Of a stretch of DNA of 64,000 bases, positions 28,061 through 42,400 are shown piece by piece. The notes under the pieces are model-generated. The model had not been told where the DNA came from, ran no database searches, and saw only the letters and a list, made by a program, of their open reading frames with translations. How positions within the stretch are numbered: position 1 is the first letter of the stretch; each line of letters begins with the position of its first letter. Source of the DNA: Eledone cirrhosa (Eukaryota); NCBI GenBank assembly GCA_964016885.1, contig OZ024752.1:15190001-15254000 (forward strand), read 5' to 3'. Made by a program: the position numbers and the translations under genes.

Positions 28061-29599
28061 TCTACACACACACACACACACTGTCTTGTATCATGGGTAA
28101 GAGTGTTTTAGTGTAGCCTTTGGTTGATCCAAGCCTGTGAAATTGGTCAGACATAACATTTTAATGCATTTAACCTGTAATTCAAATGTTCAGCAATATC
28201 TTATCGTATCGCTACTTTGGTGTGAACGTTATGTTTCTCTGGGATATGCTGAGCATTTCACCTGAATTGAAAGCGCATGCGCAGCAATTGATTCAACAAT
28301 TGAATATGCATCGTAGAAAGAAGGAAGGATAGATCCCTTTTCACCTCCAACAATGAGAGTTCTTATTATTTCTTCGAGTCCGACATTGCTTTCTTCACAT
28401 GTGCATAACTTCTTGAAACTATTTGTTTCAAGGTAAGTTTCTGTAAATATATATTACACGTTTATTTAACTCTCTGATTTTGGAAATGAAGTCTTTGAAC
28501 TTTACTTATTAATATATTCTACCCTATAAACAAAAGAAATTAGAAGTAGGTAGTATATTTTACCCTTTTACCAAAGAAATCCACGTACACTATCAGTACC
28601 AATATATGGTCAGCTATTTTCGTATATTCCCTCTCTTTTTATTCATAAATTATTCTTCTTTGAACATTATTTGTCATTTTATCGTCAATTTATTAGCATT
28701 TAGTGTTTCTTTGAACCCTATATTCATCATAATTCTCCTGCTTCGTCTTTGATTTGAACATTCGCTGACCTCCTTCCCAATGAAAGTTCAAACTTCTGAT
28801 TATGTACGTCGTTTCTAGAAACATTTATAAGGCTCTTCACACCATTAGAATGCTTCCGCAATAAAATCCTAACGTCTTCTCTGCACTCAGTTTATACAAA
28901 TGTTGCTTACAATCTCGGAAACTATTTATTTTATGTGATATCTCCATTTTAATATTTCTATCTACGGCTGAGATATTCTTTACAACTTGTGTTCTATTGC
29001 CACTTTAGTTCTTTTTTTCCTGCCCAACTTAGCGTATTTTTTGTTAATCTGTTGATCGTGTAAATTATTGTATCATATACCTACCTCTATAATTACTTAT
29101 ATCTTTGTTGTTGTCCTTATCCTTTCTTTATCTCTCTCTCTTATTCGATATTATTTTATCGCTTAGTTTTTCACTTCCTTCTTACCTTTCTCTATCGATT
29201 TATCGATAGGTTTTTCTCTCTCTTCTACCACCATTTCTCTAGGCAGCTTCTTAAATACTTCTTTTATTTTTACGCTCTGACCCTTTTAGTTATTCCTTGA
29301 CAACATTAACATTTGCAAACAAAACAAATTATATCCAATCGCATTCACTTTATATTATCCGTTCACTAATCCTCACCACCATTTTATTTTATTTTCCTCT
29401 CTCACAACAGCTCAAACTATTTCTCCCATTTCCTTCCACTTCTCCAACAAAATCAAATATGCAATAACAACCCCACCCACGCGTGTCGATAGTTACATCA
29501 CCACCCCTTTCATTATTATGAAAATACCCCACCATGGTCATCAATATTAACAGCAGCACCGTTTCCCTCTCATCGATGGCAATCACCACCAGTACAAGG

Positions 29600-31262
29600 A
29601 CACCACCACTACCACAAGCACTACCACCACTACAACTACTACCACCACTACAAACACTACCACCACTAATACAACCACTACCACTACTACAAACACTACC
29701 ACCACTACAACCGCTACCACTACAAACACTACCACCACTACCACCAATTCCACTACTATCACTACAACCACTACCACAACTACAAACACTGCCACTACCA
29801 CCACTACAAACACTGCCACTACCATCACTACCATCACTACCACCACTACCCCCATACCACCACTACCTCTACTAACACTGCCACTACTACCACCACCACT
29901 ACCACTACTACCTCTACTACCACAATTATCAACACTATAAAATCCCATCAATAAAACGACAAATACTACCACCACTACTACACTACCACCACTACCACTA
30001 CTACTACCACCACTACCCCCACTATAACCACGACCACCACTACTACCACTATCACCACTACTACACTATCACTACCACCACTACTACCACTACCACCACC
30101 ACTACCACCACCACAACTACCACCACCACTACTACTACCACCACTACCACCACCACTACTACTACTACCACCACTACCACCACCACTACCACCACCACTA
30201 CTACCACCACTATAACCACTACTACCACTACCACCACCACTACTACCACCACCACCACTACCACCACTTACACCACCACCACTACTACTACCACTACTAC
30301 CACCACCACTACCACCACCACTACTACCACCACTACTACCACCACTACCACCACTATAACCACTACTACCACTACCACCACTACTACACTACTATCACCA
30401 CCACCACTACTACCACTACCACCGAATACCACCACTACCACCACGACCACGACCACCACTACTACTACCACCACCACTACTACTACCACAATTATCAACA
30501 CTATAAAATGCCATCAATAAAACGACCAGCACCACAATCTCTAGTATTAACCTTACCACGATTACCAGCAAAACACTTAGATACTAAACTAAAGTAATTA
30601 ATCAGTCATTAGTACTATCAACCTAAGCTATATCACACTAACTATTAACTACAGCGACACACCTACACTACTCTACTATTATCACCATCACTACGTATAA
30701 TAGAACCCTGTTATCACAACAATATTGCCGCCACCACTGCCAATAACAAATCTACCTATATTACTATCAACCCCACCCAACGATAACTACCACCAAAAAC
30801 AAAATAACTAAACCTCACTCACACCACCGCTACCAACACTACCACCACCACTATCGCCACTACCACCACCACTATCACCACTACCACCACCACAACAACA
30901 ACCATCACCACCACCACTACAACTACCACCACCACTACCATCACCACCAACACCACCACCAACACCACCACCAACACCACCACCAACCCTACCACCACCA
31001 ACACCTTCATTACTAACACCACTACTACCACAACAACCACCACTACCCCCATTACCACCACTACCAACACCAACACCACTACCAACACCACCACCACCAA
31101 CACTACCAACACCACCACCACCAACACTACCACCACCACCACCACAACCAACACCACCACTACCAACACCACCACTACCACCACCACCAATACCACGACC
31201 ACCACCACTACTTTCCCCATCACTACCAGTACCAGCAACACTACCACCACCACCACTACCAC
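29600..31262. repeat. (CAC/CTA)n trinucleotide low-complexity tracts
   Basis: Seen directly at 29600-30495 and 30820-31262. Source of the poly-Val and LPPL ORFs. Confidence 0.95.
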
Positions 31263-31790
31263 ACCCTTAACCATTCCAAAGAAACAAACGTTCATGCTTT
31301 GCCTTGCGTTAATCATTTTATCCTCTTATTCCCATCTCTCTCCTAGTTCTCCCTCTCTCTCACGCTAGCTCTCTCTAGCCCTCTCACTCTAGCTCTCTCT
31401 CTCACTCTCTCCATTCTCCCCCTCCCTCTCTCTCCATTCTCCCCCTCCATCTCGCCCTTCCCACCACCCCACGTTCCCCCCTCTCTCCTACTATACCTCC
31501 CTACCATATTCCAGCAGTCAATTCTACCATTGTTTTACCATTCAACACTCAACATAGTTGAGAGGAGATTCTATTGAAATAAGATATGTGTGGGTCATGA
31601 CGGCGGTGGTGGTGTAGGGAGTGACGTCACTGGGAGATCAGAGAGACAGAATGCTAGTAATGGTGGGGGGGGGGGGGGGCGTCAGTTATGATGTTGAGGT
31701 AGATGATGATGATGGTGGTTGTGATGATGGTGGTGGTGGTGGTGAGAATACTGATAATAACGGTTAGATGATAATGTTAATTGCAATAAT

Positions 31791-31919
31791 TGTTTCTACT
31801 TTTGGCACAAGGCCAGCAATTTTCTCAGTGCATTACTGGTACTTTATTTTATCGACCCCGTAAAATAAAGTACCAGTAATGCACTGGGTGATTGCTGGCC
31901 TTGTGCCAAAAGTAGAAAT
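31791..31919. mobile_element. Palindromic SINE insertion (two 3' halves back to back) with a 16-bp TSD
   Basis: Minus-strand 3' half followed by a plus-strand 3' half. TGTTAATTGCAATAAT at 31775-31790 and 31920-31935. Confidence 0.8.
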
Positions 31920-32079
31920 TGTTAATTGCAATAATGCTGTTCTTAATGATGTTGATGACTCTGATGATGATGACCTTGGTGATGATATTGACATAGTTGA
32001 AGATATTACTGATAATTGCAATGGTGATGATGATGATGATGGAAATATAAAATGTTGCGGACAACTTTTATGATGTCTT

Positions 32080-32486
32080 AGGATTGGCAGTATTGGTAGA
32101 GGGTCGGACGTCATGCTTTGACGCATAGTTACAGCCCTTTCCTTCTGAGTTCAAATCCCGCCGAGGTCAACTTTGCCTTTCATCCTTACGAGGTCGATAA
32201 AATAAAGTACCAGTGATGTACTGGTATTTGCTGGTACTGTGCCGAAAGTAGAAACAATTATGTCTTAATAAATATGACTAGCTGGGGGGGGGGGGTACTA
32301 TACCGAGGGGCAACTTTTGTGACCTGTGTGTGTGTAAGTTACTCCAGTACATTACTGCTACTTTATTTTATCGACCCCGTAAGGATGAAAGGCAAAGTTA
32401 ACCTCGGCGGGATTTAAACTCAGATCGTAAAGGGACATAACTATGCTGGAAAGCATGGCATCCGACTCTCTACCTACACTGCCAAT
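32080..32486. mobile_element. Two tRNA-derived SINEs (32080-32260 +; 32343-32486 -)
   Basis: Same family as 22693-22878. Confidence 0.85.
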
Positions 32487-35245
32487 AATAATAATAATAA
32501 TGTCGTTATTAGCCACACAAGGCTCACATTAAGGAAACATTAAAGACGGTACGGGACAGTACAGTGTGGGTTTTTCTTTGTGTAAAACAAAATTTATAAA
32601 AGAGTCTAAGAAAATAAACATTTAAAAGAAGCATAACTTCCCCAAAGGTGAGGAAACCTGTGCAGAAATTCCACAAAAGCCACGGTCATCCTGTCCGTTA
32701 GAGAAAAGTGCCCTCTCCCAGACTTGCTACTTCAATCTACAGGCTTATGCTCAAGGCAGGTCTATTCACACACACCATGCTCGCCAATCTCACCCACCTT
32801 TCAACAAACTGATTGGAAGGCAACACTTCCTTCTCCATCCTGATTTTCCTCTTCAAATAAAATCTTAAAAAGTTAATCAGGGTTTCGCCAAAGAGGAAAA
32901 TGGCTGTCTTCAACCCTTTCAAACGTATCCACCAAACAATCTCCTTCGCCGTGGCCACCAGGCAGATAAAAGCTGCCTGTCCTTTCCCTCTAAAGAGGAC
33001 GGCGGGACGATGTTCCCAAATGGACTCAGTTGATAGTTGGATCCGTCCTACATGTGACCACAGATGTTCGATAGAAACACACAGTTCAGCAATACATGGA
33101 CACTTGACGAGTGCGTGTAAGACGGTTTCATTGCCCTGTGAGGACAGGCATGGTTGACAGCACTTCCATGCCTGTAGAGTTTATCCCGGACTGGCAAATC
33201 TCCTCCGTAGCACTGCTAGACCATGGGCTCTGGTCCGAAAGTTCTCCCTAAGAGATTGGTTAGAGTCTCCCCAAGGACCTCGTCGCACTTTCCCTCAACT
33301 AACCCTCTATAGAACGCCAGGGTGGAGTTTCCACCGATAGCAGTGCCCGACTGTATGTGCCTGAAGACATTCCAGTCTCCAAACGCTTCCTCTCGGTCTT
33401 CGCTTGACCCAAGACTGTAGCTCTGTCAAGAAGGGCGGGGGAAAATGTGTCAAGCAAACGTTGACCGCATCTATATATTGTCAAAGTAGAGATGGAGATG
33501 CCGTATCCTCAGCACATGTCTGCGCATCACCAGCTATGGCATGCCCAGCTCTCGACGTAGCGGGTGTTGACAGCAGATGCACCTTCTGACCACTAGAGCG
33601 CGTCCCTTCCACAGAAAGCGCAAAGGGAGACGCTCCAGTGCAGTCAGGTGAGGTTTAAGACAAGGCACGACGCTCAGGTTTTAGTAGATGACGGACGCGA
33701 TGTACGTGTTCCCCACCTCTACCCGGCCTTTCAATGATAGTTTCCTGACGGCCGATCTCTGGATGAGAGGAGCCACCTTGAACGTTACCTCGTCCCCGTT
33801 TTTTTTCATTCTGGAGGTCTGCTCCAAACAAGGCTCCGACTAATTTAACCGCTCCGTCTTCCCGGTGCCCGACAACACTGTTGGACGGCATGGACCTGCC
33901 TCTCCAGGTGATGAGCTGCAGGCCCGCAGACTTTTCCTAGTTAATGTTTACTCCTGTTACCACTTCGTACTCTGACAGTGGTGCCGATTATCTGAACGTG
34001 TTTGGTGCTCGACACCACTATGGTGACATCGTCGGCATATGCAGATCTCGCAACACCCTAGTTCGTGCGATATCCCCCCTCAAGAGTCAATACATGCAGA
34101 AGGGAGGAGAGGGGAAACATTGACGAACAGAGCGCATGTTGAAATGTGTCCGTTCACTCTAACCATAGAGCAAATGTCGCATTGCAGAAATCCACCTCCT
34201 GAAAACGGGTCCAAATCCTGCTTCTTTGAGGACGGCTCTAAGGTCAACCCTATCGAAGGCCTTTGATTGATCTAAATCAGAGCCCTGCCCGGGCTAGGGC
34301 CTTAACCACCCTCTCTATGATATATCGCATGAGGTTGTCGTGAATGAACATGTCCCAACGAATGGCGCATGTTTGCGCCTCCCATATCAGATCACCGACG
34401 AAAAGTACCAACCTCGTGCTTAATACTTGGGCCAAAATTTTAAACTCTGCATTTAGCAGAGCTATTGGCCCTTCTATATGGTCCCTCGTTTTCGGGTTAC
34501 TCAGCAGCGCTACCACACCTGGACTCACAGAACCGGGATTCTCCCCTTTCAGCTGTCAGTTGGCGTAGACATCCGCTAAGATGTTCCCGAACAAGTCTGG
34601 CATGTTTGTGTAAAGCTCGTAGGGCAGACCTTCTAAGCCAGGGGCTTTGCCCCTCGTGCAACTAGCCATTGCATCCCATATTTCATCGGCTGTTATCGAA
34701 TTTACTCAACACTCCGCCTCCCTTCACCAGGGCCGTGGTAAGTCATCGAGGTAGGCTCTGAAATCCATCCCTCGGTGCCACCCGGCGCAGCTCCCGAACA
34801 TTTGAGTACAGTGTTGCTAAAAGACCTCGCACATCAGTTTGGGATCAAGTACCATGCGCCCGTCGTGGTCCTCCAAAGATCGGATTGTGGCTTTGTTGCC
34901 ACGCCTAGGGACCATTGAACGGCTCCCCTCCCCTCGTGTCTACGATTATGCACTTTTGTTCTGACAATGCAGCCTTCGTGCTTATCATTGAAGAATTGGT
35001 CCAAGGTCAGTCTCGCCGCGAGCACATTGGCTGTGATACCTTTAGTAAATGTTACATCTTCTAGTTTTTTAACTAGATCCCCCTCTACTCGAGTTTTCTC
35101 AATCATATCAGCCTTACTAAACATTACCGATTCTGCTCTAATAGCCCTTTTTAGGGCGAACCACCATTTGTTGTTGACGATTGCTCCAGTCAACGCTCGC
35201 CTAACTAGTATACTGATACCGTTTTTGTAGTCTTGCAGCGCCTGG
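32487..35245 (-). mobile_element. 5'-truncated, decayed L1/Tx1 LINE of the same family as 473-6363
   Basis: MTGAIVNNKWWFALKRAIR, IALLNAEFKILA, YADD, LINFLRFYLKRKIR. (ATT)n tail at 32487-32501. Confidence 0.9.
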
Positions 35246-35274
35246 TTTATAATAATGATTTTTTAGATAAAGTA

Positions 35275-35458
35275 ATAATTGTTTCTACTTTTTGCACAAG
35301 GCCAGCAAATAACCAGTACATTACTGGTACTTTATTTTATCTACCCCGTAAGGATGAAAGGCAAAGTTTAACCTCGGCGGGATTTGAACTCAAATCGTAA
35401 AGGGACGTAACTCTATGCGACAAAGCATGGCGTCCGACCCTCTACCAATACTGCCAAT
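35275..35458 (-). mobile_element. tRNA-derived SINE (further copies at 35878-36064 -, 36510-36652 -, 38149-38335 +, 63138-63370 -)
   Basis: Same head and body motifs as 22693-22878. Confidence 0.85.
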
Positions 35459-35554
35459 AATGACGATTTCTGATTTAAGCACAAGACCAGAAATTTGGGG
35501 TGAGGGAAAGTCGATGAAATCGATCCCAGTGCATTACTGGTACTTTATAATAAT

Positions 35555-38500
35555 AATACATTATGTAGAATGTGTGGAAGAAAATACGAAACCTGTAACC
35601 ATACTGTAAGCGAATGTGTTAAGTTGGTACAGTGATAGTACAAAAGACATGACAATGTTGCCAGATATATGCATAGGATGATATTTAAGAAATGTAGGTT
35701 TGTCCTAGACGGTATGAGCAGTGATAGAAATGGTGTTTGAGAATGACGAATGTAAGCTTTTGTGGGACTTCACCAGTCAATGCGATAGAATAATTGAGGC
35801 AAGAAGGCCAGGCAATTTAGTTGTGAACAAGAAGGAAAAGAAGGCCCAAATATAGATGTATCTTCCTCACAAGATAATAATTGTTTCTTCTTTTGGCACA
35901 CGGCCAGGAATTATTCCAGTGTATTACTGGTACTTTTATTTTATCGACCCGGTAATTATGAAAGGCAAAGTTAACCTTGACGGGATTTGAACTCAATCCG
36001 TAAAGGGACGGAACTGTGCTGCAAAGCATGGCGTCCGACTCTCTACCGATACTGCCAATCCACCATGAAAAGATGAAGTATGAGCCACTGAAGGAGGTTG
36101 GAAAGTTGTGGGGAGATGAAGAAAATGTTAGTGATTTCACTGGTGACCGGATCATAGGGATGCATATCACGGAGCATAGGGGTACATATCACGGAGCATA
36201 GGGTGCATATCACGGAGCATAGGGGTGCATATCACGGACCATAGGGATGCATATCACGGAGCATAGGGGTGCATATCCGACAGTTTTGAAGACTGTAAAT
36301 AGAATCGGATTTTATGCCCAGTTAGAGGTCATGCAGCACACAGCACCTCTTGGTACAGCGCGGATTTTAAGGAAACTGCAAGACATAAGAGTGGGTACAG
36401 TAAGGGACATTCGTCAATCTGTTGACTGATCCCTAACAAAAATATCAAGATCACTAAATAGCTAAGTACTGAACTGAGATTTACAAATATGAACCATAAT
36501 AATATTAATGATTTCTGCTATAAACACAAGGCCAGTAATTTAGGGGTAGGGGAAAATCGATCAAATCGACCCCAACCCGTTACTGGTACTTTATTTTATC
36601 GACCCCGCAAGGATGAAGGGTAAAGTTAACCTCGGTGAGATTTGAACTCAATCATAATAATATTAATAATATTAGATCTATGTTCCCATATATATCTAAA
36701 CAGAAATGCGGAAAAAGGAGGTGAAATCTAAATTGAAACCACATTTCCAGAATAGCATGCTACAACAATCACAAGAAAAAACCCTCATGGCCAATAATGA
36801 AAAAGCTTATTATGGTAGAAGTACGTAAACAGATTATAGAAACTAAAAATGGATGAACTGGGGGATTCCTAATTATATGACATGATCAAAGCCTCTCCAT
36901 TAGAAACCAGAAAAAATAGTTAATGAAGCATAACACAGTATTTAACTGCAAAACATTTAGATATAGGGAAGAAACAATTAAGCAAATTGACCCTGGGTCC
37001 CCAGTCGTAGCTAAAAAAAAAGAATATATCCACAGGCTTGATAGGATGTGGATTTACAAACACTTGTTATTATGCCTACTCTACGAAATAACAATAGAAA
37101 TGTAGTGCGGAGAACGTGCCAGAGAATGACAAAGCAATGATACTCTGGGATATATTCATACATAAAGTCAGGGAGATCAAAGCTCAGAGATCAGGTATGA
37201 TAAAACTACAAAGAAAAAAGATCCCCACAGACGAAAATATATTTACCAAGGAAATGGATAAATTATCCAAATATAATGATCTAGAGATAGAAATAACTCG
37301 AATGTGAATGATAAAAAAAAAAAACAGAAAAAGACTTATTAAAATAGGTTCTCTGGGAAGGATAAGCAAACGCACAGACATACATTACAAACTATATGAC
37401 GCATTGAAAACAGCAGACCTGCGCATATATAGAATTATACGAAGCGTAGTTTCAATACAACAGAATAAACAATACCAAATATACAGAAGTATTCTCCGTA
37501 AATGATTGACAACACACAACAAAAGTTAGATTAATGAGGATATCGATCATAAATATATTGAATTCAGCAAGGTTGTTTGTCACTTAAGAACAAACAAGGA
37601 ATGTCACAGTGCCGGGGCTAAGCTATATACGAAAGATTACTACCCTTTTCCAGGTGTGATTTTTTTCAAGAATTAAATGAACAACCTGAAAGTGAATCCT
37701 TTCACTCAGACCAGATTCCCTATTTCCCCCATCATTCAACAAATTTCTGATAGTGGCAGAGCAACTTTCTCTCAATTCTTCTTCTCAATAAGTGAAATAT
37801 AAATTGTAGATAAAGGCTCAGATGATAATGAAAGTGTCTGTAGTTTTTAGTTTCAATTATGACCACCACACAACATCCTGGCGTAAATATAATCGCTGCT
37901 AATCCGAACCGAAAGAAGGGCGTTGTTCCATCTTCGTGAAGCAGTCGACAAAAGCTGAGAATGTTTTGATACTGTACAAGATCGATACAATAAATCACCA
38001 TCACTGCAATGGGGTCGATTTAATCTACTTTCCAATATTGCTGCCCTTTTGCTTATAGTAGAAATCATTATTATTATTATACCAGTAATGTACTGGGATA
38101 ATTGCTGGCCTTGTGCCAAAAGTAGAAACAATTATTATTACACTACGTCGGTGGATTGTCAGTATCGGTAGAGGGTTGGGCGCCATGCTTTCCAGCATAG
38201 TTACCTCCCTTTACGGTGTAAGTTCAAATTCCGTCGAGGTTAATTTTGCCTTTCATCCTTACGGGCTCGATAAAATAAAGTACCAGTAACACAGTGGGTA
38301 ATTGCTGGCCTTGTGCTAAAAGTAGAAACAATTATTATTATACTAACTCAACAAAGCCAACAGACCGGATATATTAGTGAAGGACAATACAAACACAACA
38401 TGCTTCTTAATTGAGATTAGCATTACATCAGATCATAACATCTCAAAAATCAAGAAATTGAAATTGAGAAGATATGGCTTCTAAAATCCTGTACAATACC

Positions 38501-39310
38501 AGTGATTGTCATTGCACTTGGAATGATAAAAGAGGGAACTGAAATATATTTGGACCGTATACCTAGAAAGCCATCTCTGCAAGAGATACAGAAGATAGTG
38601 CTAACTGGCACTGTCCATGTTCTGAGAAGGTCTTTATCAATTTAAACACCCTGCAAAGTCATTTACTGTCGTTTATGCCCTTATGCCATCATTTGTGTGA
38701 CAATTGATAGAACCAAATTTTCTCAGGTGTCAGGTTATCACTTGGCAAGAAATAGGTAAGAAAGAGAATTCAAACGAAGTTTCAAATAAATAATACACTT
38801 AGCCCAGACTCATTTTAAAGGATGGGGAAATGATATCATAGGAAAAGTGATTCACTGGCATTTACACATATTGAATAATTTACCTGATTATGAAAAATGG
38901 TATAAGTCGGTGATAGAAAACGAGCGGGAAGGGGTTATGGGATTTCAGGTTACAAATGTACAAAGAATTAGAACACAATAAGCCTGACCGGGTGGTTTTT
39001 GACAAGGATAAAAGATATTGATTGATTATAAATGTAGCTTGCTCCTGTGACACAATACTGTAAGGAAAAGGAGTAGGAGAAAATTAACAGTTACAAGGAT
39101 CTGAAGTAGGAACGGAAAAGGATTTTGGACCGTCATGAGATCAACGTCTTCCCCATCATCATAGGAGCACAATGTACTCTATGGAAGAGTTTGCAAGTCT
39201 GGTTGAAGAAGATTAGCCCAGGGCCTGTTTTTTTTTTGGGGGGGGGGACACTTCAAATGTCATGCCTACTCTGAACAGCAAGGCCACTCCTATACGTCCT
39301 GAATATCTGC
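35555..39310 (+). pseudogene. Cluster of four decayed 3' fragments of RLE-type (R4/Dong-like) non-LTR retrotransposons
   Basis: KRHDNVARY..ENDECKLLWDF..IEARRP (35640-35860); ENDKAMILWD..KYNDLEIEI (37116-37307); KANRPDILVKD..CFLIEI..IPVIVIALG..LQEIQKIVLTGTVHVLR (38350-38645); EHNKPDRVVFDK (38970-39010). Confidence 0.75.
36150..36278. repeat. ~22-bp minisatellite (GCATATCACGGAGCATAGGGGT)
   Basis: About five tandem copies. Confidence 0.9.
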
Positions 39311-39440
39311 GACTAAATGTAGCAGCTTGGTGTTCATATACAACGTGTGTGCATTTATATATATATACAATCATATATATATATGTGTGTGTTTGTGTAT
39401 CTATGTATTTGTATGTTTATATTTGTGTATGTATATATAC

Positions 39441-42400
39441 TTCTTGGTGAGGAGGGTGAGTTTGGACATCCTGCAGGACTAAAAACAAAATCTGTCAAAG
39501 GGAAAAGGAGCTCTTAAGAGTCAATGGCCATCCAAAATCACCGAGAGAGATGACCCCTTAGCCTTTGTCAAGGCAGAATTCTAGGAGAAGGAAAACTCTG
39601 ATATAACACCTGCAACCCTGATGGTATCCAATGATGTTGACTTGTTCTTCTTTTTGGTAAATATCATCTCGGTTAAGAGAGTGGGACTGGCTTTGTGCAG
39701 TGCCTTTGCTCACTATAAAAGCTTCACGGCACAGGCATTGCTTTATATCTGGAGATCTCTCTGCACGTGTGTCCTTGATGTGGAACTCTGGCTGACCGTA
39801 GCCTAAAAAGGCAAACCACATTACATTAAAGGTACCTAACACAATTGAAGTAAATTGCAATAAGGGCTCTGGATCAGCATCATGTGAAAGGGCCTGGCCC
39901 GGCAGGTGTCCCAGGGCGCCTCAGTCTGGGCCCGGTCGTCATCAGTCTACTGTGTGCAAACCACTCAATTTTGGGTGCTTGAATGTGCGTACTTTGCTTG
40001 ATATTGAAACAAATGTACAGCGACCCGAAAGCAGATCGGCATTGGTTGCCAAGGAGCTCAGACGTTATGATATGGATGTTGTGGCCCTCTCAGAAACTCA
40101 AGTTCATGGAGAAATCCGGTGGATATACGTTTTTCTGGAGGGGATGGAAGACGGGAGGAGGGAAGCTGGTGTCGCTTTTACCATAAAAACAGTTATAACA
40201 GACCATCTTCAGGAGCTGCTGACAGGCGTTAGTGACAGACTGATCCCTCTGAGAGTTCCTCTAGAGGGTGGAAGATATGCAACCGTGATTGGTGCTTATG
40301 CACCAAATATGGAATGCATTGATGAAACAAAGCAGGCTTTTTATGACGAATTAAAGTCTTTTGTCTGGATAGTGCCTGCAGCAGACAACATTTTCATTCT
40401 TGGAGATTTTAATGCTCGCGTGGGCCGTGATTGTGAGACCTGGAGAGCTCTGGGCAAGCATGCGGTCGGAAAGTGCAATGGCAATGGGCTCTTGTTATTG
40501 CAAATGTGCACTGAGCTGGAGTTGTTCATTGACAGCACTATGATCCAACAGAAGGACAAATACAAGATGAAATGGATGCATCCTGGATCGAAACAGTGGC
40601 ACATGATTGATTATGTCCTTGTGAGGCGGCGGGATGTACAGGATATGTGCAGTGTTCGTGTGATGCGTGGGGCAGAGTGTTGACCGACCATCGTCTGGTT
40701 AGAGCAAGAGCAAGATGTGTACTTCGTAAAAGGGAGAAACGGCGAGGGGTATCACTTCCGAAACGGCTGAACGCTGCCCGTCTGAAGGATCCTGAAGTCA
40801 GAGAAAATATGGTTAAAAAGATGGATGCGTTAGAGTGCGGAAATGACTGGACTTCCTTTAAGGAGGCAGTTTATGGGGCATGTGCTGATGTTGTTGGATT
40901 CAGGATTGGTTTAACCAAAATGACAAGCTTATAGACAAGCTTTTGGAGGAGAAACATGTTCCACTCCGCATTGCTTGGTAGTGATTTAAGCACCGATCGG
41001 CAGAAGGCAATCGCTGATAAGCTGAAGCTCGTAAAAGTAGATGTGCAACGAAAATTGCGTGAAATGAAGAATAAGTGGTGGAATGACAAAGCCGATGAAA
41101 TACAACTTGCGTCGGATGTGAAGGACGTTAAGGCAATGTATAATCTTCTTCGTGAATTGTATGGACCACCTACATCACCAGTTGCGCCTCTTAGGACAAA
41201 GGATGGCAATCAGCTCCTTAGAGATCCCAATGATATCCTGTTGAGATGGCGGGAACACTTTGACAAGTTTCGCAATAGAGATTCAGAGGTTGACGAAGAG
41301 TTTATCAGGTCCATACCTGATAAGCCAGTAAAGGAAATCCTTGCTGAGCCTCCAACGATCGAGAAGGTTAAAAGTGCTGTCAGGAAACTCAATGGTGGGA
41401 AGTCGTCCGGATTGGATGGGCTGTATGCTGAGATCTTGAAGCACGGTGGAGAGAATCTCTTGCACCGACTTCATTCTTTGGTTCTGGATGACTGGAAGGA
41501 TATCTGTGATGGTTGTTTTGTACAAGGGAAAGGGAGACAGGGATGACTGCGGAAACTATCGTGGGATATCACTGTTGTATGTTGTCGGAAAAGTAGTTCT
41601 CTCTAGAAATCTGTTGGGCTGTTTGTTGCTCCACACTGCTGATGAAACTCTACCAGAGTCGCAACCGGGCTTTTGGGCTGAGCGTGGCACTGTGGACATG
41701 ATCTTTACAGCCAGACAACTGCAGGAAAAGTGTGTTGAGCAGAATGTGGATCTCTACCAGGTGTTTGTTGATCTGACAAAGGCGTTTGACACGGTCAACA
41801 GAAAGGCTTTATGGGATATCTTGAGGAAGCTGGGTGCCCTGATAAATTTGTTTCATTTTGAGTTTGTTTCGTGATGACATGAAGGCATGGGTAAATGTTG
41901 GTGGAAAGCTCTCTGACCTGCTGACGAGAATGGAGTCAAACAGGGTGACATTCCAGCTCCAACGCTCTTTGCTTTGTACTTCTCCATTGTCTTCGAACAG
42001 ACCTTCGGGAACTGCAATCATGGTATATATGTTCGCTATCGATCAACTGGAAAACTGTTTAATATCAGGAGGTTCCATGCTAAGTCATAAGTTCACTTGT
42101 TACTAATCAGGGATTTGCTTTATGCAGATGACTGTGACCTGGTAGCGCACACGGAGATTGATATGCAGCATCTCATGGAAGCATTTTCTAATGCGTGTAC
42201 TGCATTGGGACTTACCATGAGCCTGAAAAAGACAGTAGCCATGTACCAACCAGCCCCTGGGAAGCCATGTTAGGAGCCCAACATCTTGGTTTATGATGAA
42301 AGACTAAGGGTCGTTGGCAGTTTTGTATATCTTGGAAGGATGAATGACAAGCGAATGCCGAAGAAGCTGCTTTATGGCGAGCTCCAAATGGGAAAAAGGA

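Noticed and set aside
29534-31316. Poly-Val, poly-Thr and LPPL ORFs resembling mucin or extensin
   Set aside because: Trinucleotide low-complexity DNA with no supporting gene structure.
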